Source: Lytechinus pictus (Eukaryota). Taken from it: a stretch of 60,000 nt of DNA. Shown here one piece after another: positions 13,395-25,727 of the stretch. The stretch spans positions 1,738,001-1,798,000 of the forward strand of contig NC_087252.1 in the NCBI RefSeq assembly GCF_037042905.1, in the 5' to 3' direction. The position numbers and the translations under genes were made by a program. The notes under the pieces were generated by a model, which did no database searches, had not been told where the DNA came from, and saw only the letters and a program-made list of their open reading frames with translations. Every line of letters starts with the position of its first letter. Within the stretch, counting starts at the first letter, position 1.

Positions 13395-15257
13395 AGGAAG
13401 CAATATGTCTTTTTAAACGGGTGCAATTCTCAAATGAAAAAAAATAATTGTGGAGTTCCCCAGGGTAGTATCTTAGGCCCGATTTTGTTTATAGTTTATA
13501 TTAATGATTTTTGTAGATCATCAGACGTTCTTTCTTTCATTCTCTTTGCGGACGACTCTAACTTATTTTTTTCACATAAAAATCCTCTTCACCTTGCTAA
13601 TATAATCAACTCTGAACTAGAAAATGTTACCGAATGGATAAGAGCAAATAAATTGTCACTAAATCTTCAAAAAACAAAATACATGTTGTTTAGCAACTCC
13701 ATAAATACACTTCCTGTTGATGTTATTTTGGATGGAACTCCCTTGGAAAATGTATCCCATATTAAGTTTCTTGGAATAACAGTCGATAATAAGCTCTCAT
13801 GGAAATTTCACATAGATAACATATGTAAAACTATTTCACGCAACATTGGTATAATTAACAAGCTTAAATTTTGTTTACCATTATCGTCCCTGCTTACATT
13901 ATATTCATCCCTTATATTGCCTTATTTAAATTATGGAATTTTAGCGTGGGGTAACACACAACAAACACTCTTAGACAAATTACTCCTATTACAAAAGAAG
14001 TCTCTACGTATTATATGTCACACGGCATATTTGTCTCATACTGACCCATTATTTTTTTAACATAGAATATTGAAAATTAAGGACTTATATTTGTTTAATC
14101 TCGGTCAATTTATGTATAACTATAACAACAACAACCTCCCAAATGTATTCAATTCAATGTTTCCAAAAAATCAATCCATTCACAACTATCCAACAAGGCG
14201 ATTGGGTGAATTTCATTTACCACTTTTAAGAACTTTGCGGGCTCAGAACACATTTATATACGATGGACCGAAGTTATGGAACTCACTTCATAATGATATA
14301 ACAAATGCAAAATCTTTGAACTCTTTTAAGACTAAATTCAAATTATCTCTATTAAAACCTTATAATATACTCCCAAATTAATTTTAATTCATCATTTCTG
14401 TCAAGTCATCATCATTATTATGTCAAGTCATCATCATTATTAATTTAAACTAAAATTAAAACATAAAATTATTATCCTTTTTTTATTAAAAAAATCTGAC
14501 ACAAGTCCTTCTCAGATGTGCTCATTATTGTGTCTATCCTCTCCTCTATTTTCTCCTCTCCAGTCCGCTTATCCGCCTTTCTGCCGGTTATTTGTTTAAC
14601 GGCATCAATCACATTTTTCGTGCATTATATTCTTTCCAGGTTATTTTATATATTTTTTCTCCTCTTATACACATCATTGAATCCAGTTTGCTTGAGTCCA
14701 CGACGGCATGTGTTCTATCTACGTACAGCAGCACCCATCCATCTTCTCAGGGCATTCTCCCCCTTTTTCCCTTTTTTTTTTTTTTCTTCTTCTCAAGTTT
14801 TTCTGGGGGGGGGGGGGTGGGAAGGGTAGATATTTTTAGGACGGGTTGTTTTGTCCTTCACCAAACTGTATATTTTTTATTACTTTGTATTTATTTTGTG
14901 AGTATTTCCCTCTCATTTATTCATTCTTTTCTCATTTGATTATCTGTATTTATACTTTGTCATTTTGTTATTTGTTGTGTTATCTATTTCTTGAGGGGCC
15001 CACATTGTACAAGCATTGCTTTTTAGTGGGTCCCTCCATTTCCATCTTAATTTAATTTATATTGAAAAATAGTATATATATTTAAAACCTACAATGTGTT
15101 GCCCAAATCGTCTAAGTGTTTTTTTTTTTTCACTACATATGTATAATTAATTTTGTTTGCAACGGATACAAATATTTATGTTTTATATATGGTATACAAT
15201 TTGTTTTTGTTTGATGGAAGTGAAATAAATGAATTTGAATTTGAATTTGAATTTGAA
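13395..15257 (+). mobile_element. 5'-truncated CR1/L2-group LINE (RT C-terminal half, 3' UTR, (ATTTGA)n tail)
   Basis: GVPQGSILGPILFIVYIND, FADD, KFLGITVDNKLSW; in-frame stop at 14058-14060 then ORF 14070..14381; tandem hexamer tail. Confidence 0.93.
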
Positions 15258-15268
15258 TTATATTATAA

Positions 15269-17460
15269 TGCAGGGAGATCCTCTTTCACCATATCTTTTC
15301 ATTTTATGCATAGAAGTATTAGCGCATAATATAAGATATAATAATGATGTTAAAGGAATTTCCTTTGGAAAGGAAGAAGTAAAACAGGTTTTGTATGCAG
15401 ATGATATGTCTATTTTTGTCCGAGATCTAGATTCAGTCAAAAAAGTAATAGAAATTTTAGAAAAATTCAGAAAAGTATCAGGACTTAGAGTTAATAGCGA
15501 TAAGACGAAGGTTTTATTACTAGGTTCCTCTCAAGGAAAATCATATGATTTATCTTTTGGCCAAAAGGTGGATTTTATAAAGATTATCGGTGTATTTTTT
15601 TCTTTAGATGTAGAAGTAAAAGAAAGATTGAATTATAAAGAAATATTAAGTAAAATAAAGAAGTTGTTAAACTGGTGGAAGCAAAGAGATTTAACTTTGA
15701 TGGGCAAAATACAATTATTAAAGCAATTTATCTTTTCAAAATTCATATATGTGGCATCTCTCACACCAATCCCAGGATGGGTTTATGTTGAACTTGATCA
15801 GTTAGCTTTTACTTTTTTGTGGGTTGGCAGAAATAAGATCAACAAAAGAACGATGTATTTAGATTACCATCAAGGCGGCTTGAAAATGATGAATTTTCAA
15901 TGGTTAATAAAGGCACAGAGAGTTATGTGGATTAAACGACTAAAAGAAAATAATGCAATGAAATGGAAACAATATTTCAATTATGCCACAAAACATCTAG
16001 GAGGAAATTTTATATTTTCATGCGATTATTTGCTTGGAGTGTTGGAGATAGCATTGCCGCAATTTTATATAGATTTGCTAGAAGTATGGATAGAGACGAA
16101 GGATTTTCGATTAAAATCTGAAACATATAAAGGAAATGAGATATTTTTTAACAATAAATTTGTACGAATTGAAGGGAAATGCATATTTAACCAAAAATTA
16201 TATGAAAAAAATATTTACAGACTGAAACATATTATGGATTGTGATGGAAACTTAAGGTCATTTTCGTACTTCCAAAGACAGGGTTTAAACATAAATGATT
16301 TTCATTTGATAGAGTCAATTTATAAAACTTTTCCAGTCAGCTGGAAACAAAATATGAAAATAGATAGCAAAGAGGCTTCTCTTAGGGAAGAAATATCATT
16401 TATATCTGGAAAAAGAATTTTGTCAATAGAGGAGTTAGTATCTAAAAACGTTTATGCAAATTTTATGAAATGTAACTTCACAATACCTGATGTTTTCGAA
16501 AGGTTAAAAAACAAATATAGTTTTTCTTATGAAAAGATTGAACACATTTTTATGAGACCAAGACAATGTACTCTGAACAGTAGATTAAGAGAGTTTCAGT
16601 TTAAAATGTTACACGGCATTGCTTATACAAATCATCACTTGTTCCGTTTTAAAATCTCACAGAATAATCTTTGTTGTTATTGTAAAAAAGAGGAAGAAAC
16701 ATATCGCCATCTATTTTTGGAATGTGAATATGCTTGTCTGGTTTGGGATAATTGTAAGAAGATGTTTGGTTTATTTCGACGGGCAATTTAAGCTGGGAGG
16801 AAATTCTTGTAGGTGTAGAATTAAAGGACGAAGGAAAGGAACGTTTAGTCAATCATTTTCTAATCTTTGTTAAATTTTTAATCTTTAAGGGAGGGAAAAG
16901 GGTGCACTTATAACCATGGATGAAATTAAAAGGAAATTTAAAGAAGAAGAATGGGAAGAAAGAAGGCTGGCGCTAGGTAGAGGTAAGATGTCTCTACATG
17001 TAAGGAAATGGGAAAATCTGAATTAAAAGAATATATAGGGAGAGTGAGGCAAAGGTATATATATACAACGAGAGACAAAACCACACAAAAAATACAAAAA
17101 TAAATAAATACGGAGAATTGTAGTCCCTTCCATGTAGAGTATAGGCATAAAAAGGGGAGGGTGCTCCTAACCTAGGGACGGGGGGGGGGGGGGGTGGGAG
17201 GTAGAACAACACTTTTTATCTTTTTTTTTCTCTCTTATCATTCATACATCTTGTTAATATTTCATTTTGTAATTGCTGAAACGCATTAGTATTAATTTCT
17301 AGTATCTTTGAAGTTTGATGTATAGTTTGTATAATTATATTTGTTATGGATTTATTGTATAATTTATAATCATGTTTCAAATAGTTTGTACAACTTGCTT
17401 ATGGAATGTGAATGTTTATTTTGATTAGAGAGAATACAATAAAACATCCTTAAAAAAAAA
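15269..17460 (+). mobile_element. 5'-truncated Tx1/L1-clade LINE ORF2 with poly(A) end
   Basis: QGDPLSPYLF, YADD, GGLKM, C-terminal CCHC knuckle CCYCKKEEETYRHLFLEC; AATAAA and A-run near 17437-17460. Confidence 0.92.
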
Positions 17461-17877
17461 TAAAAGCCTATAGTGATCCACTTCAAGAACATTATGGTGG
17501 TAATTGTTTAAAACTTTACGCAATAATATAGACATATAAAACAAACGTGACACGGGTCTAGTCTGCAGGCACAGACCCTGATTCAAACTTTGATCAACAA
17601 GTGTGTCTCTATGCAAAGACTAGCACATTCCAAACTTGCTGTTTCAATTCCTGAGCGAATGGGCCTTCAGTACACAAGGCATGAGTAGGCTGCAATTCAG
17701 ACCCCTTACTCGAGTGAAGGGTTTGCACAGCAGACTAGCACGGGTCGGCTTACGTGACATGGTTTACAAATTGTTCAGTGGTTGGTAGTTATTTCATACA
17801 GTGATTACGTATTAGTTTTTATAAAGTGTACACTCTGTGAAGTGAAAATGTATTTTGTAACTTTTTGGGCAGCTAAT

Positions 17878-17883
17878 GATAAT

Positions 17884-17948
<65 letters not shown>

Positions 17949-17998
17949 TAATGTGAATGATAGTAATAATAGTAATAATAATAATAATAAAAATAATG

Positions 17999-18031
<33 letters not shown>

Positions 18032-18240
18032 TAGGATTTGTATAGCGCACGTATCCACCTTGCTAGGTGCTCATGGCGCTCCTATATTACCACGGCTAAG
18101 CTAGTCTACCGATTCTGGTGCGCATAGCTTTTTCTGGAATTACTTGCTGCTGGTACCAATTTTACCTCACCTGGGTCGAGTGCAGCACAGTGTGGATAAA
18201 TTTCTTGCTGAAGGAAAATACGCTAAGGCTAGGATTCGAT
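17878..18240 (-). mobile_element. tRNA-derived SINE (5'-truncated) with expanded (AAT)n tail
   Basis: Reverse complement of the SINE core at 57440-57520; L2-like tail gcgccatgagcacc...gcgctatacaaat then (ATT)n. Confidence 0.8.
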
Positions 18241-19473
18241 TTAATATCCGTTCGAGCCTGATCGAAAGGGGGCATGGTAAGGACTTTTTGCAGCTACTTA
18301 TGAAGACGATACATATTCCAACAATCAAATAATGCGAGCGCGAAGTGCGAGTTGAAAATTTTTGACACCCCGACCTAAAAGCTGGACATGTATGTATATT
18401 CGAAGCACCTTTTGTAACCAAGAACAGGATAGGTATATAACTATACAATTTGTTCGAGCGTTAAGCGCGAGCGGAAACAAAATTAAAGGTTTACATCTAT
18501 AAACGGGACACTCTATTCATGTTCTGTAAATCAGGAAAAGGATGGGAAATTTAGTATATATCTTCCCACAATAATAATGTGAGCGCGATCTGCGAGCAGA
18601 ATTTTTTTGATATTCTTATCTGAAACTGGATCATTTAAGTACATTATTTTTATAAAAAAATCAATAATGCGAGCGCGAAGCGCGAGCTGAAAATATTTGA
18701 TATTACGATTTGAAAGGGATGAATTTATGCACTATTTCAAGTACTGTGTGGGAAAATTCTGAATTGATCATAGATCGCACTTAATAAATGACGCGAACAC
18801 AAAGTGCGAGCTGATAATTTTGACCTAGGACCGGGACATACTAAGGATATTTTGTCATCATGTATGAGAAATGTTTTGTATAATCATATACTTACAAACT
18901 TGATATTTTAAGCTCCATATCAGCCTAGTGAGTAAGACAAGTATAGAACAGACAATGCGAGCACGAAGCGTGAGCGAAAATTTTGTATAGTGACATGAAA
19001 AAATGTTTTCCCCTCACCTTATTTTATTCAATCGTCTTCCTCCTCTTATTTTTCCTTTCTTTTTCTTTTTCTTTCTTTCTTTCTTTCTTTCTTTCCTTTT
19101 TTTCTTTTCTTTGCCCCTTCTACAAGAAGTGGGGGGGGGGGGGGGGAGGGACATCTGATATTGTGCCCCCTTTCAAAAAAGTGTGTGTGGGGTGGGGGAC
19201 GCGTCCCTCTGCATGGTGCTGATGTCAATTTAACAAGCAAAAGAAGAAAAAAAGTTTCATTCCAAAATAAAGGTCATTTTCGTCCCAAGAAATTTGACAA
19301 AATACGTAAGAGTTTAAGAAAAAATGTAGGCAATTTTGGTTACATTTTCCATTTTGTCACACCGTCCAGAATTCCAGGGAGTGTTGCCTATGGAAAATAA
19401 TACACGCAGCACCCCCAAGGAAAATATTTGGGGTGCTTCAGCACCCCCAGCACCCCCGCTTCCCAGGTCCATG
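18240..19473. mobile_element. Degenerate hAT-like non-autonomous element with dispersed GCGAGCGCGAAGCGCGAGC motifs
   Basis: Motif repeated about 7 times; G/C-rich terminus cagcacccccgcttcccaggtccatg. Confidence 0.55.
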
Positions 19474-19559
19474 GTCCATCGATGTTCGAACAGTTGCATT
19501 ACCCAATACTGCTGGTAGCGTGAAGAAACTCTTAACTTGTAAGGAAGATATAAACAAGC

Positions 19560-22500
19560 TCTGATCACATGTATTGATCTGCCATGTATACTTCTGGTTG
19601 ACTCTTACCATTTATCCTCCTCACTGTGAAACTGGACTCTTATCTCGAACTTTTTGAACTTTGCTACTTTTCTTCCCACTTTGGTGAGACCAATGTTATT
19701 CATAATACTGTATAGAATGTTTTCATATTTTGCGCGTTTCTTGTTTCTCTTTCCTATTTATTATTCTCGATTACTCTGTTTTGTCTCAACTGTTCCTCCT
19801 GTATCCTTTTCCTGTTATTTCTATTACTTTATTCTATTGCTTACACAACTTGATGTCAGGTGATGATTTCTACTGTTGTAATACCAATGCACCTTTGCAA
19901 TGTTTTTATATGTACGATTCTGTATTCCCTTTTCAGGGTATAGACAACGATGAATTCAGTGCAATATTTCAAGATACAGTGACATGACTGTACAGATTTT
20001 GGTAGACATATGTTTAATAAACTCTCACAAAATAACGATGAATCCATTTTAGCAGGTTTCTTAACTGTAAATATTTTGGGGATGATTCTTACCTCTCAGT
20101 TCAACGATGTTAATAAAAATTTTAGTATTCTTCATTTCAATTCCCGCAGTCTAAACAAAAGCTTCAATGCTATCTCTACTTTCATATCCACTTTGGGTAT
20201 CAATTTCTCAATATACGTTTTTTTTTGTGAAACATGGATCTGTAATAATACTCCAGGTTATTCTTTTGTCCACTCTACCTTTTGGCAAAGGTAGCGTGTT
20301 GCTTTATTAGTTCCTGATACTTATAATTTTAATGTCCATAATGGTCTTTTGCAACCTTCAAATAATTATGAATCACTTTTTATTCAAATTGACATGTTTA
20401 GAGAAAAGAACATTATAATAGGTGTAATATACGGGAAATCTCAATCAAATATAAATGAATTTTCAACTATCTTTAAAAATTGTTTCAACAAGCTTGATTC
20501 TGAATACAAACAGGTTTATTTAATGAGTGACTTTAACATAGACATTTTGAAATATACTAATGCCACTATAAAATGTGTAAGTAATTTCCTCAGTATAATA
20601 CATTCTCATGTTCTTATTCCTTTCCTGAGCTTAGTCTACGTCTTATCAATGATGATACTATAAATGCCTTTAAACATGAGCTCTTAGATCATAACTGGAC
20701 TAAATTATTTGATATTACTGATACAACACTTGCTTTCGACAAATTTCCTGATACGATTACTTTTTTATTCAATGAAGTTTTTGTAACAAAATCATATAAA
20801 TCTATTCGTAAAAAAATAAAGAAATAAGCATAGAATATAAAAATCATATACATGTATATTAAACCCTTGTGAAAGCAACAGGGAAAATATGTTAAAGCAA
20901 GAAACTATATAAATAGGTTATTAAGGTTTGCTCGTAAAGACCAAACCATTTTCTTTGCAATGAAGGGAAACAAACTTGGCAGCTCATCAATGATATATTA
21001 CATAAAAAAAAAAAATTATCAAATTATATCAATGTAGATGAGAAGTGAATCACAGATTTTAAAGAGATTTTTAATAATATTTTTTCAACATTAGTTTGTC
21101 TTCAAATAACAAGTGCACCCCAACAAAAAGTTGATTTGAATAAAAAGAGAAAAATCCAACAAGCAAAACACCGAAAACTTCATCAAAATCGGATGTAAAA
21201 TAAGAAAGTTGTGACATTTTAAAGTTTTGCTCAATTTCACAAAACAGTTATACGCACATCCTGGTCGGTATGCAAATGAGGAGACTGACGTCATCCACTC
21301 ACTATTTCTTTTGTATTCTATTACATGAAATATGAAATATTCTAATTTTCTCCTCATTGTCAAGTGAAACAACGCTTGATTCCTCCATGTACATGTGGAA
21401 CAAACATTGCTTAAAACAATGTGATTCAGTCAAGTTGGTCCCTATTATCAAATCTGTAAAACATGAAATATTGTATGATTCAAACAATAAAAAAAAAAAA
21501 GAAATAGTGAGTGACGGACATCATTTACCGTCTCATTTGCATGTCACTGAGTTGTGCATATCACTGTTCTGTGAAAAATAAGTGAACTTTAAAATGTCAT
21601 AACTTTCTTATTTTACATCCGAATTCGATGAAATTTTCAGCGTTATGCTAGTTTGATTTTTCTCTATTTATTCAAATCAACATTTTTCTGGGGTGGACTT
21701 GACCTTTAAACAATTCCTCGAACAGCTCTGATAATTTAACCAAATTCTTGTCAATGCAAAATTCAAATTCTCTTTATTTCAAACCTATTTCTGAGAACGA
21801 TATCACTGATGTTGTTAAAAAGCTAAACTGTACAAATAGTTGTGGCATTGATAATTTTAATCCTCGAATTATAAATGTGATATATTGTATAGTCAAACCA
21901 TTATGTTTTATCTTTAATTTGTCTATCGTGACTGGTATTGTACCTTTCAAATTGAATATTGCAAAAGTTATACCTGTTCATAAGAAGAGTGATGTTCATG
22001 ATGTTTTTAATTATCGACCAATTTCCATACTTCCTTATTTTTCAAAATTTTTGGAAAGACTTATTTATAATCGACTTTATGATTTTTTATGTACGAATTC
22101 AATTTTAAATGAATGTCAATATGGTTTCCTAAAGAATGTTTCAACCGAAATGGCTGTAATTGATTTACACGATTATTTAATTAATGTTTTCAATAAAAAA
22201 CTTTATTCGATTGGTGTATTCTTAGACTTAAGCAAAGCTTTTGACACCATTGAATTTTCAGTACTTTTATCAAAACTTTATTCTTATGGAATAAGAGGAT
22301 TACCTCTTCAGTGGTTTCAAAGTTATTTGTACAATAGAATTCAATATGTTTCTTTTAACAATATTTTGTCCAACCCATCAGTAGAGCTTTCATGCGGCGT
22401 GCCCCAGGGGTCAATCCTCGGGCCCCTCCTTTTTGTGATCAATGACCTGCCATTTTGTTCTGATAATTTGAAATTCATTTTATTTGCTGATGACACCAAT

Positions 22501-23640
22501 ATTTTATTTACTTCAAATAACATTGCTTCTCTATATGACATATTAAACATTGAATTATTAAAAGTTTCGAACTGGTTTAAATGTAATAAATTGGTAATTA
22601 ATGCTGATAATTAGTCTTACTTCATATACTTTTGTTTCCAATACCGACGTTTATCAGCTGATATCCTCGATTCATTTAAATTGGAAATGTCAGGAAACTT
22701 AATCAAACGTGTTACCTCAACCAAATTCCTAGGCATCACTATTGACGAAAATTTATCTTGGAAAGCTAAAATTAACAGAACAATATCTAGAAATGTTGGT
22801 GTCATCAGCAAACTTCGCCATGTCTTGCCTCAATCCGGTTGGCTAATGTTGTATAATACTCTTATTTTACCGTATCTCAGTTACTGTACTGCCTGGGCAA
22901 ATACTCATCCAACCAAACTTAAATGTTTATACCTCCTGCAAAAGAGGGTTGTCATAATAATTTCAATTTCTCATTATCAAGCTCATTCTAGACCATCACT
23001 ATGTAAGCAATTCAATATATTATATGTCTACCAGTTAAATTACTATATGTGTGCAATTCTAAACATTTAAACGCTGAACTTTACTAAATACATATCGGAT
23101 ATGTTTGTGAAGAACAGTTCAATTCATACTTATAATACTAGAAACAGGAATCAATACCACGGATGGAATGTGATTACAGAAGTTGATTTTTATTCATGTA
23201 GGCATCATGCTCCTACAATCTGAACAGATTTAAGCACAATCTAAAGCTATATTTGATCAAACGTGACTCTCGTTGTATTGTAAATGATTTTTGTCTTCTT
23301 TCTACTCTCAGCCTCCCCCCTCTGTTTTTCATTCTCTCCTACCCTTTACATGTATGTTTATTCTGGGTTTGTCTTGGTGCAAGACGCAATTCATTTTTAA
23401 TTACTGAATATTCACTGAATTTGATCTCCACTTTTATTAATTGATCAAATATTATGTTATTAAGGGAGCTGTCTTGACAAGACCTTTATGTTTTTTTTTT
23501 ACAACTGTACCTAATTTCAATACTCTATCTATACAAGTATGATTTGAAGTGCTTTATTTCATCTTGAATTGCATGTTTTTATCCATTTATAATTTCACAT
23601 ATTTGTATACTTTCTCCCACTCACGTGTACTGTATTAAAG
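19560..23640 (+). mobile_element. Old, near-full ORF2 CR1/L2-group LINE (APE endonuclease + RT), many disablements, split by a MITE
   Basis: ILHFNSRSLNK, ETW, DFNIDIL (APE); NYRPISIL, FLDLSKAFDT, GVPQGSILGP, FADD (RT) across ORFs 20010-23070. Confidence 0.9.
21105..21705. mobile_element. Kolobok-like MITE (same family as 11437-12039) inserted in the LINE
   Basis: Homologous TIRs; right end ggtggacttgacct-TTAA. Confidence 0.85.
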
Positions 23641-23790
23641 CAATAGCTTTGATCCAGCTGAGGAATGGCGGCTTGTCATTGTTCAAAACTCATCTACACC
23701 CGACAAAGGAAATTATAATTGATATAGTGTCGAAAATCTGTCTATCTGACGGTCAATCGGATTGGGGTCGCGCCCTATAGCCACTAACCC

Positions 23791-23868
23791 GTCTCTGTGG
23801 TGTAGTGGTTAACTTAAGGCACCGGTGTTCAAAGCTGGGGGCCCTTGGTTCGATTCCCGGCAGAGACA
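23791..23868 (+). tRNA. tRNA-like sequence (pseudogene or SINE head), apparent TCA anticodon
   Basis: Perfect acceptor stem GTCTCTG/CAGAGAC, A box TGGTGTAGTGG, B box GGTTCGATTCC, followed by T6; D arm enlarged and T stem mismatched. Confidence 0.5.
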
Positions 23869-24030
23869 TTTTTTAGGCATCACCAATTTTTCCAAAGGGC
23901 AGATAGCTCTGGGGAACTTCGGTTTAAGCTACGCCTACCATTGTTCTCTTCATTCATTTCTTTCACAATATATTATATATATAACAAAACAATGCTGAAG
24001 ATAATGCTTTGATTGCCAATAATTTTTTTA

Positions 24031-24080
24031 TTGTTTACTCGAATTTTCGACGGTCCTCCGTCTTCTTCAGGAGTTTACAA
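24031..24080 (-). ncRNA. Minimal hammerhead-ribozyme-like motif (Penelope type)
   Basis: Reverse complement actc-CTGAAGA-a-gacgg(agga)ccgtc-GAAA-attc-gagt. Confidence 0.55.
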
Positions 24081-24091
24081 TGTGTGGTATC

Positions 24092-24330
24092 AGGGGAGCG
24101 TTTCATGAAACGACTTGTCGGACGTTTTATCCGACAAGTACTGTTTTATCCGACAGCTACTATGGTAACATTGACTCTCAGCCAATCATTATCAAGGAAA
24201 GTTGTCAGATCTGACATCTTTCTCTGATGTTGATTGGCTGACAGGTACTGTTACTATGGTAACTGTCGGATAAAATGGGACCTGTCGGATAAAACATCCG
24301 ACAAGTCCTTTCATGAAACGCCCCCCCCCC
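24092..24330. mobile_element. Palindromic Harbinger-like MITE; relatives at 35108-35267 and 42280-42440
   Basis: ggggagcgtttcatgaaa...tttcatgaaacgcccccc TIRs with internal gtcggataaaa repeats. Confidence 0.75.
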
Positions 24331-24426
24331 GATCAATCAGAGAGCGCATCCTCAGACAGATGTTGCTATGATGAATGGCTGAGGATGCACGCCCTTCACA
24401 GAAACAAATATAGTCCATGACGTCAT

Positions 24427-25317
24427 ATACCGTGTTTACACTTAATCGGCATTTGAATCGGCTCGCGGTTCTGAACCGCGAGCCGATGCAGCATCGGCTT
24501 TTTCATAGCGTGTAAACGCGAGTAACTTGCATCGGCTCGCGGTTCAGAACCGGCAATTTGCACAACACAAAGTAGTAGGTTCTGAACCGCGAGCCGATGC
24601 AGAATCGGCTTTTTTACTACGTGTAAACAGAAAGCCGATTCTGCATCGGCAATTTGTGTGCATTTCATTTACTTTACCATTGTGACGTAATTGTAAGCGC
24701 ACTGATCCAGCGTTGTCTTTATTATGACGTATATTGTTGGTGTGCGTTTCATTTCAGGGTTTTTGCATCGGCTCGCGGTTCTGAACCGCGAGCTGTAACA
24801 ACGTGTAAACGCAAACCAAAAGCCGATTCTGCATCGGCTTTTGGTTCTGAACCCAAAGCCGATTAATACCGTGTTTACATTTGATCGGCTTTTGGTTCGG
24901 AACCAAAAGCCGATACAGAATCGGCTTTTGGTTTGCGTTTACACGTTGTACAGCTCGCGGTTCAGAACCGCGAGCCGATGCAAAAACCTGAAATGATACG
25001 CACACCAACACTATACGTCATAATAAAGACAACGCTAGATCAGTGCGCTTACAATTACGTCACAATGGTAAAGTAAATGAAATGCGCCCAAATTGCCGAT
25101 GCAGAATCGGCTTTCTGTTTACACGTAGTAAAAAAGCCGATTCTGCATCGGCTCGCGGTTCTGAACCTACTACTTTGGTGGTGCAAATTGCCGGTTCTGA
25201 ACCGCGAGCCGATGCAAGTTACTCGCGTTTACACGCTATGAAAAAGCCGATGCTGCATCGGCTCGCGGTTCAGAACCGCGAGCCGATTCAAAAGCCGATT
25301 AAGTGTAAACACGGTAT
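24427..25317. mobile_element. ~890-bp palindrome: head-to-head inverted dimer of a ~450-bp Harbinger-like MITE
   Basis: ataccgtgtttacac... at 24427 and ...gtgtaaacacggtat at 25317; terminus repeated at ~24866; arms mirror each other. Confidence 0.8.
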
Positions 25318-25727
25318 AAGTGTAAACACGGTAATAGTAACGCTTGTTTTTGATGATCAAATTGTTACGTAACAGTAAAGAAAATATTGCGCAATAACAT
25401 TACTCGTAACGTAACAATAGTGAAATTAAGCGTTGAGATGATAGAACGAAGATCAAATTGGTTCAGAGAAAATGATTCTCCCCCGAAAAGTACGAATAGG
25501 TGTTTTTGAGCAATAAGAGAAATTCCTGTGTGATACGATACTAAACATCGTGGAACTTGTCAAAACTAACGAAAGAATGAATATCCGCTTAGGAATCCCA
25601 GATCTCTGTTCATATACCATCACCCTCAAAACTCCTACATTTAACAATTACTCGTAGTCCCGCTCGTAGTTCCGTGGTTCTTCTCTCGTCCGCTGATTTG
25701 TATCCTCCCCCAAATATGCACACTTTC

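Larger units (their letters stand above)
12160..17870 (+). repeat. Copy 3 of the triplicated segment, interrupted by two LINEs
   Basis: Homology to copy 2 stops at gatgcat (13394), resumes at tatattataa (15259-15268) and again at taaaagcc (17461). Confidence 0.92.

Noticed and set aside
12717..14060. 447-aa ORF as a membrane protein-RT fusion
   Set aside because: The N-terminal half is non-coding duplicated segment that happens to be in frame with an inserted 5'-truncated LINE
17782..18058. Poly-Asn / poly-Tyr ORFs
   Set aside because: (AAT)n tail of a SINE
19464..19473. AGGTCCATG as a third P-type end
   Set aside because: Only 9 bp match, continues into a different G/C-rich terminus, and no partner end or TSD was found
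23791..23868. Selenocysteine tRNA
   Set aside because: TCA anticodon but no long variable arm or 9/4 acceptor-T arrangement; stems are imperfect
25453..25647. Minus-strand ORF with hydrophobic stretch as coding exon 2 of the divergent gene
   Set aside because: Possible acceptor at 25635, but the pyrimidine tract is weak, there is an early stop, no donor and no recognisable domain
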